A stretch of 64,000 nucleotides of DNA, taken from Planctomycetota bacterium (GTDB taxonomy: Bacteria; Planctomycetota; Phycisphaerae; WQYP01). The number at the start of each line of letters is the position of its first letter. Position 1 is the first letter of the stretch. The notes beneath the pieces were generated by a model that did not search any database, had not been told where the DNA came from, and saw only the letters and a program-made list of their open reading frames with translations. Of the stretch, positions 1 through 9,603 are shown one piece after another. A program made the position numbers and the translations under genes. The DNA lies in NCBI GenBank assembly GCA_021831565.1, contig JAKBMM010000011.1, forward strand, positions 380 to 64,379, in the 5' to 3' direction.

Positions 1-39
1 TTCTGAACTTGGGTTTTCTTACAACACAGGGGTATTCTC

Positions 40-3000
40 ATGAACCGCACCAATCGTAAGAACAAAACCGTATCGACATCCCAATCATCCACATCGCGCG
101 ACAAGTCGCGCTGGAATCAGCTTGCCGGGCGAACCCTTATCCTCGCCGCGGCGGGTTTGGCCGTCGCCGGCACGCTGGCCATGCCGCAGAAGGCGCGGGC
201 CGTAACGGCTACTTGGTCGGGTGCCACCAACAACGACTGGAATACCAATACCAACTGGAGTACCAGCCTCGTGCCGGTCGCATCCGACACCGCTCTGTTC
301 AACAGCACGCAGGCAAATATTTTGCCCAATCTCAGCACCAGCAGCAGCATCGGCAACATTATTTTCGATACATCCAACGCCGCGAGCTACACCATCAGCA
401 GCGCCAGCACACTCGTTAACCTGACTCTCAGCAACAGTGGGACTGTGCAGATCACCAGCGCCGTGGTCAACGCCCAGACCATATCCGCTCCGATCATCCT
501 GGGCACTGGTGCCGCCGCCTTCACCTTCAGCAACGACGCCGTGAGCAGTTCCACGACGTTGAACGTTAGCGGCTCCATTACCGGCAGCGCGGCTGCTGCG
601 GGCAGCGATACCCTTACGCTGGCGGGGACAAACACCGGCGCCAATACTCTCAGTGGCGTCATCGGTGACGGCGCTAGCGGCGGCAACGTGGCGCTTGCGG
701 TGTCCGGTGGCGGTTGGACGCTCACCAACGCCAACACCTACACCGGTGCGACCAACATTACTTCCGGCACGTTGGCGCTTTCCGGCGCTGGGAGCATTGC
801 GACTTCGAGCGGCGCTACTTTGAGCAGCGGAGCGACCCTTGATATTTCACAGACCACCACGGGCGCAACTCTCTCTGGACTGGGCGGTGCAAGCGGTACA
901 GTGGCGCTGGGATCAAAAGCGTTGACGGTGGATGTCGCCACCGGAACCGACACTTTTGGCGGGGTGATTCAGGACGGCGGTATAGGCGGTGGGGCGGGCG
1001 GCAGCCTGACCAAGTCCGGCGCCGGTACCCTGACGCTCTCCGGCGCCAATACCTACACCGGCGCGACAACAATCTCCGCCGGCACGCTGAAACTCGCCGG
1101 CGATACTTCAGGCCTGACCGGCGCAGTGACGGATAGCTCGGCGTTGGTCTTTGCCCAGACAGCCAACAGCAGTCTATCGGGCGTGATTTCCGGCCTGGGT
1201 AGCGTTACGGAGAATGGAGCAGCCGGAACCACGCTGACACTTGCCGGCGCCAACACTTACACCGGTGGCACCACGGTTACCAGCGGTACGCTGAACCTGA
1301 CCGGTTCACTGGCCACCACCGGCAATCTGACGGTTAATGGCGGAACATTTCAAGTCAACAATGGCACGGGTCAGACCATAGCCGCCTTGGGCGGAACGGG
1401 TGGAACAATTAACCTGACCGCGGCCGCGGACAATCTGACAGTTAACAGCGGCGGCAGTTTCGCGGGCGCTATCAGCGGCGCCGGCGGTCTGAATCTCGCC
1501 GGCGGGACGTTGACGCTTTCCGGCGCCAACACCTATACCGGTGGAACCACTCTCACCACCGGTACGTTGGACCTTACCGGTTCACTGGCTGGCACCGGCA
1601 ATCTGACGGTTAACGGCGGAACATTTAAGCTCGACGGCGGTGCCGCGCAGACGGTCGCCGCCCTGAATAGTACTTCGACAGGCGCGATTGATCTGGTTGC
1701 CACTACAGATGTTCTGACCGCCACCGGGGGCGGTACGGTCGCGGGCGTTGTTAGCGGCCTGGGCGGCCTGACCGTCAATGGCGGTACGCTGACGCTTTCC
1801 GCCGCCAATACTTACACCGGTGGCACCACGGTTACCAGCGGTACGTTGGACCTTACCGGTTCACTGGCCAGCACCGGCAATCTGACGGTTAACGGCGGAA
1901 CATTTCAAGTCAACAATGGCGCAGGACAGACCATAGCCGCCTTGGGCGGAACGGGTGGAACAATTAATTTGACCGCGGCCGCGGACAATCTGACAGTTAA
2001 CAGCGGCGGCAGTTTCGCGGGCGTTATCAGCGGCGCCGGCGGTCTGAATCTCGCCGGCGGGACGTTGACGCTTTCCGGCGCCAACACCTATACCGGTGGA
2101 ACCACTCTCACCACCGGTACGTTGGACCTTACCGGTTCACTGGCTGGCACCGGCAATCTGACGGTTAACGGCGGAACATTTAAGCTCGACGGCGGTGCCG
2201 CGCAGACGGTCGCCGCCCTGAATAGTACGTCGACAGGCGCGATTGATCTGGTTACGGCTGCGGATGTTCTGACCGCCACCGGGGGCGGTACGGTCGCGGG
2301 CGTTGTTAGCGGCTTGGGCGGCCTGACCGTCAATGGCGGTACGTTGACGCTTTCCGCCGCCAATACTTACACCGGTGGCACCACGGTTACAAGCGGTACG
2401 TTGGACCTTACCGGTTCACTGGCTGGCACCGGCAATCTGACGGTTAACGGCGGAACATTTAAGCTCGACGGCGGTGCCGCGCAGACGGTCGCCGCCCTGG
2501 ATAGTACGTCGACAGGCGCGATTGATCTGGTTACGGCTGCGGATGTTCTGACCGCCACCGGGGGCGGTACGGTCGCGGGCGTTGTTAGCGGCTTGGGCGG
2601 TCTGACCGTCAATGGCGGCACGTTGACGCTTTCCGCCGCTAATACTTACACCGGTGGCACCACGGTTACCAGCGGTACGTTGGACCTTACCGGTTCACTG
2701 GCTAGCACCGGCAATCTGACGGTTAACGGCGGAACATTTAAGCTCGACGGCGGTGCCGCGCAGACGGTCGCCGCCCTGAATAGTACGTCGACAGGCGCGA
2801 TTGATCTGGTTACGGCTGCGGATGTTCTGACCGCCAACGGGGGCGGTACGGTCGCGGGCGTTGTTAGCGGCTTGGGCGGTCTGACCGTCAATGGCGGCAC
2901 GTTGACGCTTTCCGCCGCCAATACTTACACCGGTGGCACCACGGTTACCAGCGGTACGTTGGACCTTACCGGTTCACTGGCCAGCACCGGCAATCTGACG

Positions 3001-6000
3001 GTTAATGGCGGAACATTCCAAGTCAACAATGGCGCAGGACAGACCATAGCCGCCTTGGGCGGAACGGGTGGAACTATCAATCTGCTTGCGGCTGCGGATA
3101 ATCTGACCGTCGATAGCGGCGGCAGCTTTGCGGGCGTTATCAGCGGTCTCGGCGGCCTGAATCTCGCCGGCGGTACGCTGACTCTTGCCGGCGCCAACAC
3201 CTACAGCGGTACGACCACCATCACCAGCGGGACGCTGAACCTCACCGGCAGCACTGCGGGGCTGACCGGCAATGTGACGGATAACTCGGCGTTGGTCTTT
3301 GCCCAGACAGCCAGCAGCAGCCTGACCGGTGTGATTTCCGGTACCGGCGGCGTAACCGAGAATGGAGCAGCCGGGACTACACTGACCCTCTCCGGCGCCA
3401 ACACCTACGGCGGTACAACCACCATCACCAGCGGGACGCTGAACCTCACCGGCAGCACGGCGGGTCTGACCGGCAATGTGACGGATAATTCGGCGTTGGT
3501 CTTTGCCCAGACAGCCAGCAGCAGTCTGTCCGGCGCTATCTCCGGAACCGGCAGCGTAACCGAGGCCGGAACCGCCGGAACCATCCTGACTCTTTCCGGC
3601 GCCAGCACTTACACCGGTGGCACCACGGTTACCAGCGGTACGCTGAACCTGACCGGTTCGCTCGCCAGCACCGGCAATCTGACGGTTAATGGCGGAACAT
3701 TCCAAGTCAACAATGGCACGGGTCAGACCATAGCCGCTCTGAACGGAACGGGTGGAACTATCAACCTGGTTGCGTCCGCGGACGATCTAACTGTTGATAG
3801 CGGCGGCAGTTTTGCGGGCGTTATCGGCGGTCTCGGCGGTCTAAATCTCGCCGGTGGCACGCTGACTCTTTCCGGTACGAACACCTACACCGGCGGAACC
3901 ACGATTACCAACGGAACTCTGGACGTAACCGGCTCCATCGGCGGCACGGTCAATGTCAACGGTGGGACGTTTGAAGTGAATAATGCCGCCGGTTTCACCA
4001 TCGGCGACCTCAACGGCCAAGCCGGCAGTACGCTGAACCTCGCCCTCGGTACGCTCACCGTAACTCCCACCACCACGGACACCTTCACCGGCGCGGTTAC
4101 CGGCGCGGGTGGCTTGACTCTCAACGGCGGCCAACTGACCCTCAATGGCAGCCTGACGGGTTATACAGGCCTGAGCACCATTGAGAATAGCGGAAAATTG
4201 CTCGTCAGCCTCACCGGCGGCCTGCCGTCAACAAATGCCTTTACCTTCACCAACAGCGGCACGCTGGACTTTATCAATGGTTCCGGCGCCGCGCAAACCA
4301 TCGGCGCGGTTGACATCACGGATACCACCGGCAACACCACCAATATCATCGACGCCGGCGGGGCGACCAACACCATTACGCTTGGCGGCGCAATTACCAG
4401 CAATAACACCGGTGTGGGCACCAAGAACACGCTGGTGCTTCAGGACGGTACTTTTGTGCTGGGTTCGACCAGCAATAGCACCACGTTCACTGGGAACGGC
4501 AATCTTCAAATCGGCAACGGCAGTGCCCAGACAACGGTCACGTTTGGCGCTTCGACTAATCTTCCAAGTTCCGGCGTCGGCATCACTCTGGGTGACGGTA
4601 CGCTGGCTTATACCGGCGCCGGGGCTGCAACCGTTGGCAACAACATCGCCGTCGTCGGTGCCACCGGCAACATCATTAACGGCGGCGGCCTGAGCCTGCC
4701 CAATGCTCTCGCCTTCACCGGCAATATGAGTTCAAACGCCAATTCGGTGCTGGAATTTACGAATGGCGTGATCGCGTTGGATCCTTCCACGGGAAATAAC
4801 AATACCGGCTTCATCGGGACAATGGATCTGAATTCTCAGCACGGCGCCAAGCCCGTGAATCTGTTTATCGACTCCGCCGCCGCTCTGCCGGCTACAACCG
4901 CCGTCTTCGAATTCGACGGCGGCACGCTTAGCAACGGTACCGCTGCCGGAACCGGTTTGGCCATCGCCAACAACATGCTTGTCAATTCCTCCGGTGGTAC
5001 GTTCAGTGATCTAGGTAGCGGAACTTCCACCACCCCAACCGCTCTAAACGGCAACATCACCGGTCCGGGAACGCTTACCATCTTGGGAAACGGCCAGACA
5101 AGCGATTTTGTTTCGCTTACCGGGACCAACGGCCCCGGCTCGGCCAGCACGCCCGGCTTTGTGTTTGAGAATGTGACGGTGGAAGCGTCTTCGGCCGCGA
5201 ATCTCGGCCCGAACCAGATCAATTTGAACAACGGCGCCCTTCTGGGAACCGCCGCCTTTACCTCTTCCAATAACATGCAGCTTCAGGGAACCAGTGACAC
5301 ACTGGAAGTAGGCGGCGCATTTACCGACGTGTTCCAGGGCGCCATCGGCGGTTCCGGGGCGCTGGTGCTCACCACCACCTCCGCCGGTACCGGCGTGATT
5401 GGTCTTACCAACGCCTCCAACAGCTACGGCTCCCCCACCTTGGGAACCACTGTGGAAAATGGCGTAACCGCGGAATTTAACACATCCAGTTCATTCGGCG
5501 GAAATCCCATCCAACTGGGCGCCACGGGGGCTGTCGGCGGCGAGCTGGCGCCGACGGTTTCAGGCCTGGTTTTGACCAACAATATTATCCTCCATGACGC
5601 AGTGACCTCCACGGTGGCGACATCCGATGTGTATGACACCAACGGAACCACAACCTCGCTTAATGGAATTATCAGTGGTACCGGAGGTATGCTGGTCAAC
5701 AACGGCGGCAGTGTCGTAGGTACCGTCACGCTCAACGGCGTGAACACCTATTCCGGTGGGACCATTATCGACGCCCCGACCATTGTTATTTTCACCAATG
5801 CCAGCAGCCTGGGCAGCGGCACGGTTACGCTGGGAATAGGCGGCGGCGAGTTGGAGGCCGGCCATACGGGTATAACCCTGGCCAATAACATCGTTCTGAG
5901 CGACACTCTTACCGGCGGCACACCGGACATTTACAGCACCGGTTTGGCCAGTTACACCGATACGCTTTCCGGCATTATTTCCGACGCCACCGGCGTTAGC

Positions 6001-8886
6001 GGCGGCTTGGCGATCACCGGTGGCGGAACGGTGAATCTCAACGGTGTGAATACCTATTCCGGCGGCACGTTGATTCAGGACCAGACCACCGTCGGCTTTA
6101 ATAACGCCGCCAGCTTCGGTACCGCCGGTATCACCATCGCCAACAATGGCTTTGTCAATAATGGCACAATCCAGGCCGAAACCGGAAATGGCGCACTTAC
6201 ATTGACCAACAACCTGACCCTTACCGGCAACGGTACGTTCGATACCAACGCCGCCACGACCACGCTCAGCGGGTTGGTTTCCGGCGCCGGTTCGTTGATC
6301 GTGACCGATTCGTCCGGCACGCATTCCGGCGTGCTGATCCTGACGAATTCCAACACTTATGGCGGTACCGTAGGCACGGAGATTGAAAATGGCGCGACGG
6401 TGCAATTTAATACCGCCACCGCACTGGGTTCCAACCTGATCCTCATGGGTGGTTCCGGCGCTCCCGGTGCAACGCTCCAAGCGGGTGTAACCGGTCTGAC
6501 TTTAACCAACAACATCCAGCTTAATGACACGATCACGTCGCTTACCAATTCCGATGTGTTCAACACCAATGCCTTTAGCACCACGCTCACCGGAACCATC
6601 AGCGGCTCCGGCGGATTGGTGGTTGATGGCGGCGGCACGCTTACGCTGGCCCCCATCAGTCTTGCCAACACTTACAGCAACGGCACCACTATCGAAGGCG
6701 CCGCAACGCTGGATGTAAGCACCGATGCCGATCTGGGTAATTTCACGCCATCCACCGGCGGCATCTCCTTCAATAATGGCACGCTTGACCTTACCGGCAC
6801 AACTTTTTCCACTTCGCGCAGCGTTGGTTTACAGAGCGGCGGTGGAACCATCACCACCGCCGGTACGGCTGATTTCCTCGGTTCCGTCAGCGGCTCAGGG
6901 GCTTTGACCCTGACCGGCGGCGGAACCATTCTGCTCAACGCCGCCAACAGTTATTCCGGTGGAACCGCCGCCGGCACCACCGCCAGCGGCGTAACCGCTG
7001 TGGCCGGAGATAAAACTTCCTTCGGCACGGGTACGCTCACCATCGGAACAACAACCGGACCTGGCTCCACGCTGGAAACCAGCAACGAGTTGAGCTTTGC
7101 CAACGGTGGGGCGATTGGAACCGGTATCCAGATGGATATCGGCAATAATTTCACCATGAATGGCGGAACCTCTCCCTCCACTCTTGTATTGACGTTGTCG
7201 GGTCGTCCGTCCACACTCGGCTCACCGTCAACCGGAAACTACGATTCGGTCAACCTGACCAATGCCGCCGCCAACACCGCGGCGTTCACCGGTGCTGATA
7301 CGCTTACTCTCCGCTCCAATTCCGGATTTAAACCGGGCGATTTTGATCGCTATATCGTGGTCGGAACCGCGGGAACCGTCAGTGCCGCGGCTAATGCCAC
7401 CGGCCAGAAGATTCCATTTACTCCCGATCCCACTTTTACGACCACCGCCGGTTCGTTGGCGGTGCGGTTGCCCAGCACCACGGATCCGAACTTCTCCACC
7501 GATCATCTGTATTATTTTGAAAGCGTGGTTCCCGGTACTGGCGTGGTGGTAACAACTCAAACTCTTTTCGCACCGTTCGCCACAACCCCCAACGAAACGG
7601 CTGTGGCCAATTATCTTGATACCTACGCCAACCCATCGGTCAATGTGCCGTTGAATCTTCAAAGTCTGCTCTCGCAATTGAGCCTGTTGGCGCCCACTTC
7701 GACCAATCCGGCCAACGAAATCGGCCCGGCACTGGATCAGCTCACGCCGCAGAACGAACAGGCCCTGGGCAACATCGGAATTCAGAACGGCATATTTGAA
7801 AGCCAGAGTGTCTTCTCCCAGATATCCAACCAGTTTAACGGCATGACCGGCTTCAACGCCGCCGGCTTGTCCATGCTTGATACGCCCAACGCCGATCCGT
7901 TCACCACCGCGCTGGACTCGGCCATGCAGTCGGTCGCCCAGGCGAATAATCAGAATACGACCAGCTCAATGGACGTATTCAACGGCGAGCCGTCGCAGGG
8001 CGGGGCCGTGCCGGTTCCCGGGCGGGAATCGCAACGGAATACGCTCTCCGGCTTTGTCAGCGGCAATGTGATTTTGGCTGATCTGCCCGGTACGGCGGCT
8101 GGCCAGACCGGAAACTTCACCACCGGCGGCGTGATCACCGGTGTGGATTACAACATGGCCTCGCATCTGGCCATCGGACTGTTGTTCTCCTACGCGAATA
8201 CCAGCGCCACGCTCGACAGCCACGGCAGTTCATTAAATGACCAGAGTTATTCGCCGGGCATTTACCTTGGCTTCCGCAAGAGCCACTTCTACGTGGACGC
8301 TTTGGGCAGCTATACCTACAACGGTTACAAAATGCACCGGAACATTACCTTCACCAACCCCCAGTCCGTCGCCAGCAGCACGCCGCACGCCAACCAGTTC
8401 GACCTCAACGCCATGCTGGGTTACAACTTCCACCTGCGGCATGGCTTGAAGCTCGGCCCGGCGGTGGGCGTGGGCTATACCCACATGAATATTTCCGGGT
8501 ATACCGAAACCGGCAGCCCGGCGGACCTGACCGTCTCCCCGATGTCGGTTGATTCACTGCGTTCACTTGTGGGCGGCCGCATTGAATATGCCTGGCATCC
8601 GGCTGGCTTGTCCTTGCCGGTGGACTTCAGTGCCAACGCCTTCTGGCAGCATGAATTTCTCAACGGCAGCCGGGGTATCACCGCCAGCTTCACCGAGCTG
8701 GGCACGGGATCGTTTGTGATCGATACCGCCGGCCCGGCACGTGATTCGGCTCTGCTGGGCGCCGGAGTCAGCGGCAACGTGACCAAAAATATCACCCTGT
8801 TCGTGAATTACGAGTCGGATATCAGCGCCGGCCAGGGCGGACTAGCCCAGAGCGTGATGGCCGGTGTGGCGATCGCGCTGCGGTAA
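40..8886 (+). CDS. Giant autotransporter adhesin with passenger-associated beta-strand (PATR) repeats
   Basis: 2948 aa; extended signal peptide ending KARA; many GTLTLSGANTYTGGTT repeats; C-terminal autotransporter beta-barrel (GVDY, WQHEF, D-S-A-LLGAG). Confidence 0.92.
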   Translation: MNRTNRKNKTVSTSQSSTSRDKSRWNQLAGRTLILAAAGLAVAGTLAMPQKARAVTATWSGATNNDWNTNTNWSTSLVPVASDTALFNSTQANILPNLSTSSSIGNIIFDTSNAASYTISSASTLVNLTLSNSGTVQITSAVVNAQTISAPIILGTGAAAFTFSNDAVSSSTTLNVSGSITGSAAAAGSDTLTLAGTNTGANTLSGVIGDGASGGNVALAVSGGGWTLTNANTYTGATNITSGTLALSGAGSIATSSGATLSSGATLDISQTTTGATLSGLGGASGTVALGSKALTVDVATGTDTFGGVIQDGGIGGGAGGSLTKSGAGTLTLSGANTYTGATTISAGTLKLAGDTSGLTGAVTDSSALVFAQTANSSLSGVISGLGSVTENGAAGTTLTLAGANTYTGGTTVTSGTLNLTGSLATTGNLTVNGGTFQVNNGTGQTIAALGGTGGTINLTAAADNLTVNSGGSFAGAISGAGGLNLAGGTLTLSGANTYTGGTTLTTGTLDLTGSLAGTGNLTVNGGTFKLDGGAAQTVAALNSTSTGAIDLVATTDVLTATGGGTVAGVVSGLGGLTVNGGTLTLSAANTYTGGTTVTSGTLDLTGSLASTGNLTVNGGTFQVNNGAGQTIAALGGTGGTINLTAAADNLTVNSGGSFAGVISGAGGLNLAGGTLTLSGANTYTGGTTLTTGTLDLTGSLAGTGNLTVNGGTFKLDGGAAQTVAALNSTSTGAIDLVTAADVLTATGGGTVAGVVSGLGGLTVNGGTLTLSAANTYTGGTTVTSGTLDLTGSLAGTGNLTVNGGTFKLDGGAAQTVAALDSTSTGAIDLVTAADVLTATGGGTVAGVVSGLGGLTVNGGTLTLSAANTYTGGTTVTSGTLDLTGSLASTGNLTVNGGTFKLDGGAAQTVAALNSTSTGAIDLVTAADVLTANGGGTVAGVVSGLGGLTVNGGTLTLSAANTYTGGTTVTSGTLDLTGSLASTGNLTVNGGTFQVNNGAGQTIAALGGTGGTINLLAAADNLTVDSGGSFAGVISGLGGLNLAGGTLTLAGANTYSGTTTITSGTLNLTGSTAGLTGNVTDNSALVFAQTASSSLTGVISGTGGVTENGAAGTTLTLSGANTYGGTTTITSGTLNLTGSTAGLTGNVTDNSALVFAQTASSSLSGAISGTGSVTEAGTAGTILTLSGASTYTGGTTVTSGTLNLTGSLASTGNLTVNGGTFQVNNGTGQTIAALNGTGGTINLVASADDLTVDSGGSFAGVIGGLGGLNLAGGTLTLSGTNTYTGGTTITNGTLDVTGSIGGTVNVNGGTFEVNNAAGFTIGDLNGQAGSTLNLALGTLTVTPTTTDTFTGAVTGAGGLTLNGGQLTLNGSLTGYTGLSTIENSGKLLVSLTGGLPSTNAFTFTNSGTLDFINGSGAAQTIGAVDITDTTGNTTNIIDAGGATNTITLGGAITSNNTGVGTKNTLVLQDGTFVLGSTSNSTTFTGNGNLQIGNGSAQTTVTFGASTNLPSSGVGITLGDGTLAYTGAGAATVGNNIAVVGATGNIINGGGLSLPNALAFTGNMSSNANSVLEFTNGVIALDPSTGNNNTGFIGTMDLNSQHGAKPVNLFIDSAAALPATTAVFEFDGGTLSNGTAAGTGLAIANNMLVNSSGGTFSDLGSGTSTTPTALNGNITGPGTLTILGNGQTSDFVSLTGTNGPGSASTPGFVFENVTVEASSAANLGPNQINLNNGALLGTAAFTSSNNMQLQGTSDTLEVGGAFTDVFQGAIGGSGALVLTTTSAGTGVIGLTNASNSYGSPTLGTTVENGVTAEFNTSSSFGGNPIQLGATGAVGGELAPTVSGLVLTNNIILHDAVTSTVATSDVYDTNGTTTSLNGIISGTGGMLVNNGGSVVGTVTLNGVNTYSGGTIIDAPTIVIFTNASSLGSGTVTLGIGGGELEAGHTGITLANNIVLSDTLTGGTPDIYSTGLASYTDTLSGIISDATGVSGGLAITGGGTVNLNGVNTYSGGTLIQDQTTVGFNNAASFGTAGITIANNGFVNNGTIQAETGNGALTLTNNLTLTGNGTFDTNAATTTLSGLVSGAGSLIVTDSSGTHSGVLILTNSNTYGGTVGTEIENGATVQFNTATALGSNLILMGGSGAPGATLQAGVTGLTLTNNIQLNDTITSLTNSDVFNTNAFSTTLTGTISGSGGLVVDGGGTLTLAPISLANTYSNGTTIEGAATLDVSTDADLGNFTPSTGGISFNNGTLDLTGTTFSTSRSVGLQSGGGTITTAGTADFLGSVSGSGALTLTGGGTILLNAANSYSGGTAAGTTASGVTAVAGDKTSFGTGTLTIGTTTGPGSTLETSNELSFANGGAIGTGIQMDIGNNFTMNGGTSPSTLVLTLSGRPSTLGSPSTGNYDSVNLTNAAANTAAFTGADTLTLRSNSGFKPGDFDRYIVVGTAGTVSAAANATGQKIPFTPDPTFTTTAGSLAVRLPSTTDPNFSTDHLYYFESVVPGTGVVVTTQTLFAPFATTPNETAVANYLDTYANPSVNVPLNLQSLLSQLSLLAPTSTNPANEIGPALDQLTPQNEQALGNIGIQNGIFESQSVFSQISNQFNGMTGFNAAGLSMLDTPNADPFTTALDSAMQSVAQANNQNTTSSMDVFNGEPSQGGAVPVPGRESQRNTLSGFVSGNVILADLPGTAAGQTGNFTTGGVITGVDYNMASHLAIGLLFSYANTSATLDSHGSSLNDQSYSPGIYLGFRKSHFYVDALGSYTYNGYKMHRNITFTNPQSVASSTPHANQFDLNAMLGYNFHLRHGLKLGPAVGVGYTHMNISGYTETGSPADLTVSPMSVDSLRSLVGGRIEYAWHPAGLSLPVDFSANAFWQHEFLNGSRGITASFTELGTGSFVIDTAGPARDSALLGAGVSGNVTKNITLFVNYESDISAGQGGLAQSVMAGVAIALR
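1048..3880 (+). repeat. Near-identical intragenic tandem repeat units of 204, 276 and 279 bp
   Basis: NTY-x-G motifs recur at about 1048, 1252, 1528, 1807, 2083, 2362, 2641, 2920, 3196, 3400, 3604 and 3880, with near-identical DNA between them. Confidence 0.9.
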
Positions 8887-8923
8887 AAAGTGGCCTCTAC
8901 CGTGCTCTGCGCCTGCTCCGCGC

Positions 8924-9060
8924 TGCAAAATCCGATTCAACGGATGTCATTTACCGCAGGGGCCGCAGAGGACCGCAGAGGTTTATAGCTTCTTGACCAG
9001 CCGCTTCTACCCTCCGCGTTCCTCTGATTCCTCCGCGGTGTAAAATCCGGGCTAATCACG
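8924..9060. repeat. Dispersed CCGCAGAG/CTCTG hairpin repeat (MITE-like)
   Basis: Near-identical to 14207-14342 and partly to 42910-43010; imperfect inverted repeat. Confidence 0.8.
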
Positions 9061-9197
9061 AACCACCTGGAAGGCAAACGACGTATTGGCGATCCGTCCC
9101 ACCGCTTGTTCGTCGTGGGCGTCGAAGCCTTTGCTGCATGTCTGGTTGAACGCATAGCCGTCGCCCACCTCCACCGCCAGGTGCTGGCGGATGTCCT

Positions 9198-9290
9198 CAC
9201 CCGCCCGAATCAGGAAAAATCCCTCGAAGCTGATGAATCAGCCTCATTTTTACAGTGATTTTTTCCCCACCTGGAAAAATTGCCACACCG
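9198..9290. repeat. 93-bp dispersed intergenic repeat, copy 1
   Basis: Aligns ungapped to 58680-58772 with about 15 mismatches by hand count. Confidence 0.75.
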
Positions 9291-9316
9291 GACTATTTCT
9301 GAAGTGAAGCTTCGGC

Positions 9317-9505
9317 TTGGCATCGGGATCGGGCCAGATGATAAGCCGCACCAAATCATCTGGGGAGTATGCGAGCAGAAGATACCGGCGCGGTGGCTTG
9401 ACTTATGGATCAGGCCGTCTTATAAGACGCGGCAATCGGTTGGGGAGCAAACGAGAAAAAAAACCGGCGCGGTGGCTTGACTTATGGATCGGGCCACCTT
9501 ATAAG
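9317..9505 (+). promoter_or_regulatory. Three tandem sigma70-like promoter units of about 80 bp
   Basis: TTGACT-N17-TATAAG at 9398-9426 and 9477-9505; degenerate TTGGCA-N17-GATAAG at 9317-9345. Confidence 0.65.
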
Positions 9506-9603
9506 ACGCGGCAGTTAGCAGTTAATCGTTCGGGGGTATATGAAGGCGCACAATATCGCCTTGGTTATGAACTTGGTTTTTCTTACAACACAGGGGTATT
9601 CTC

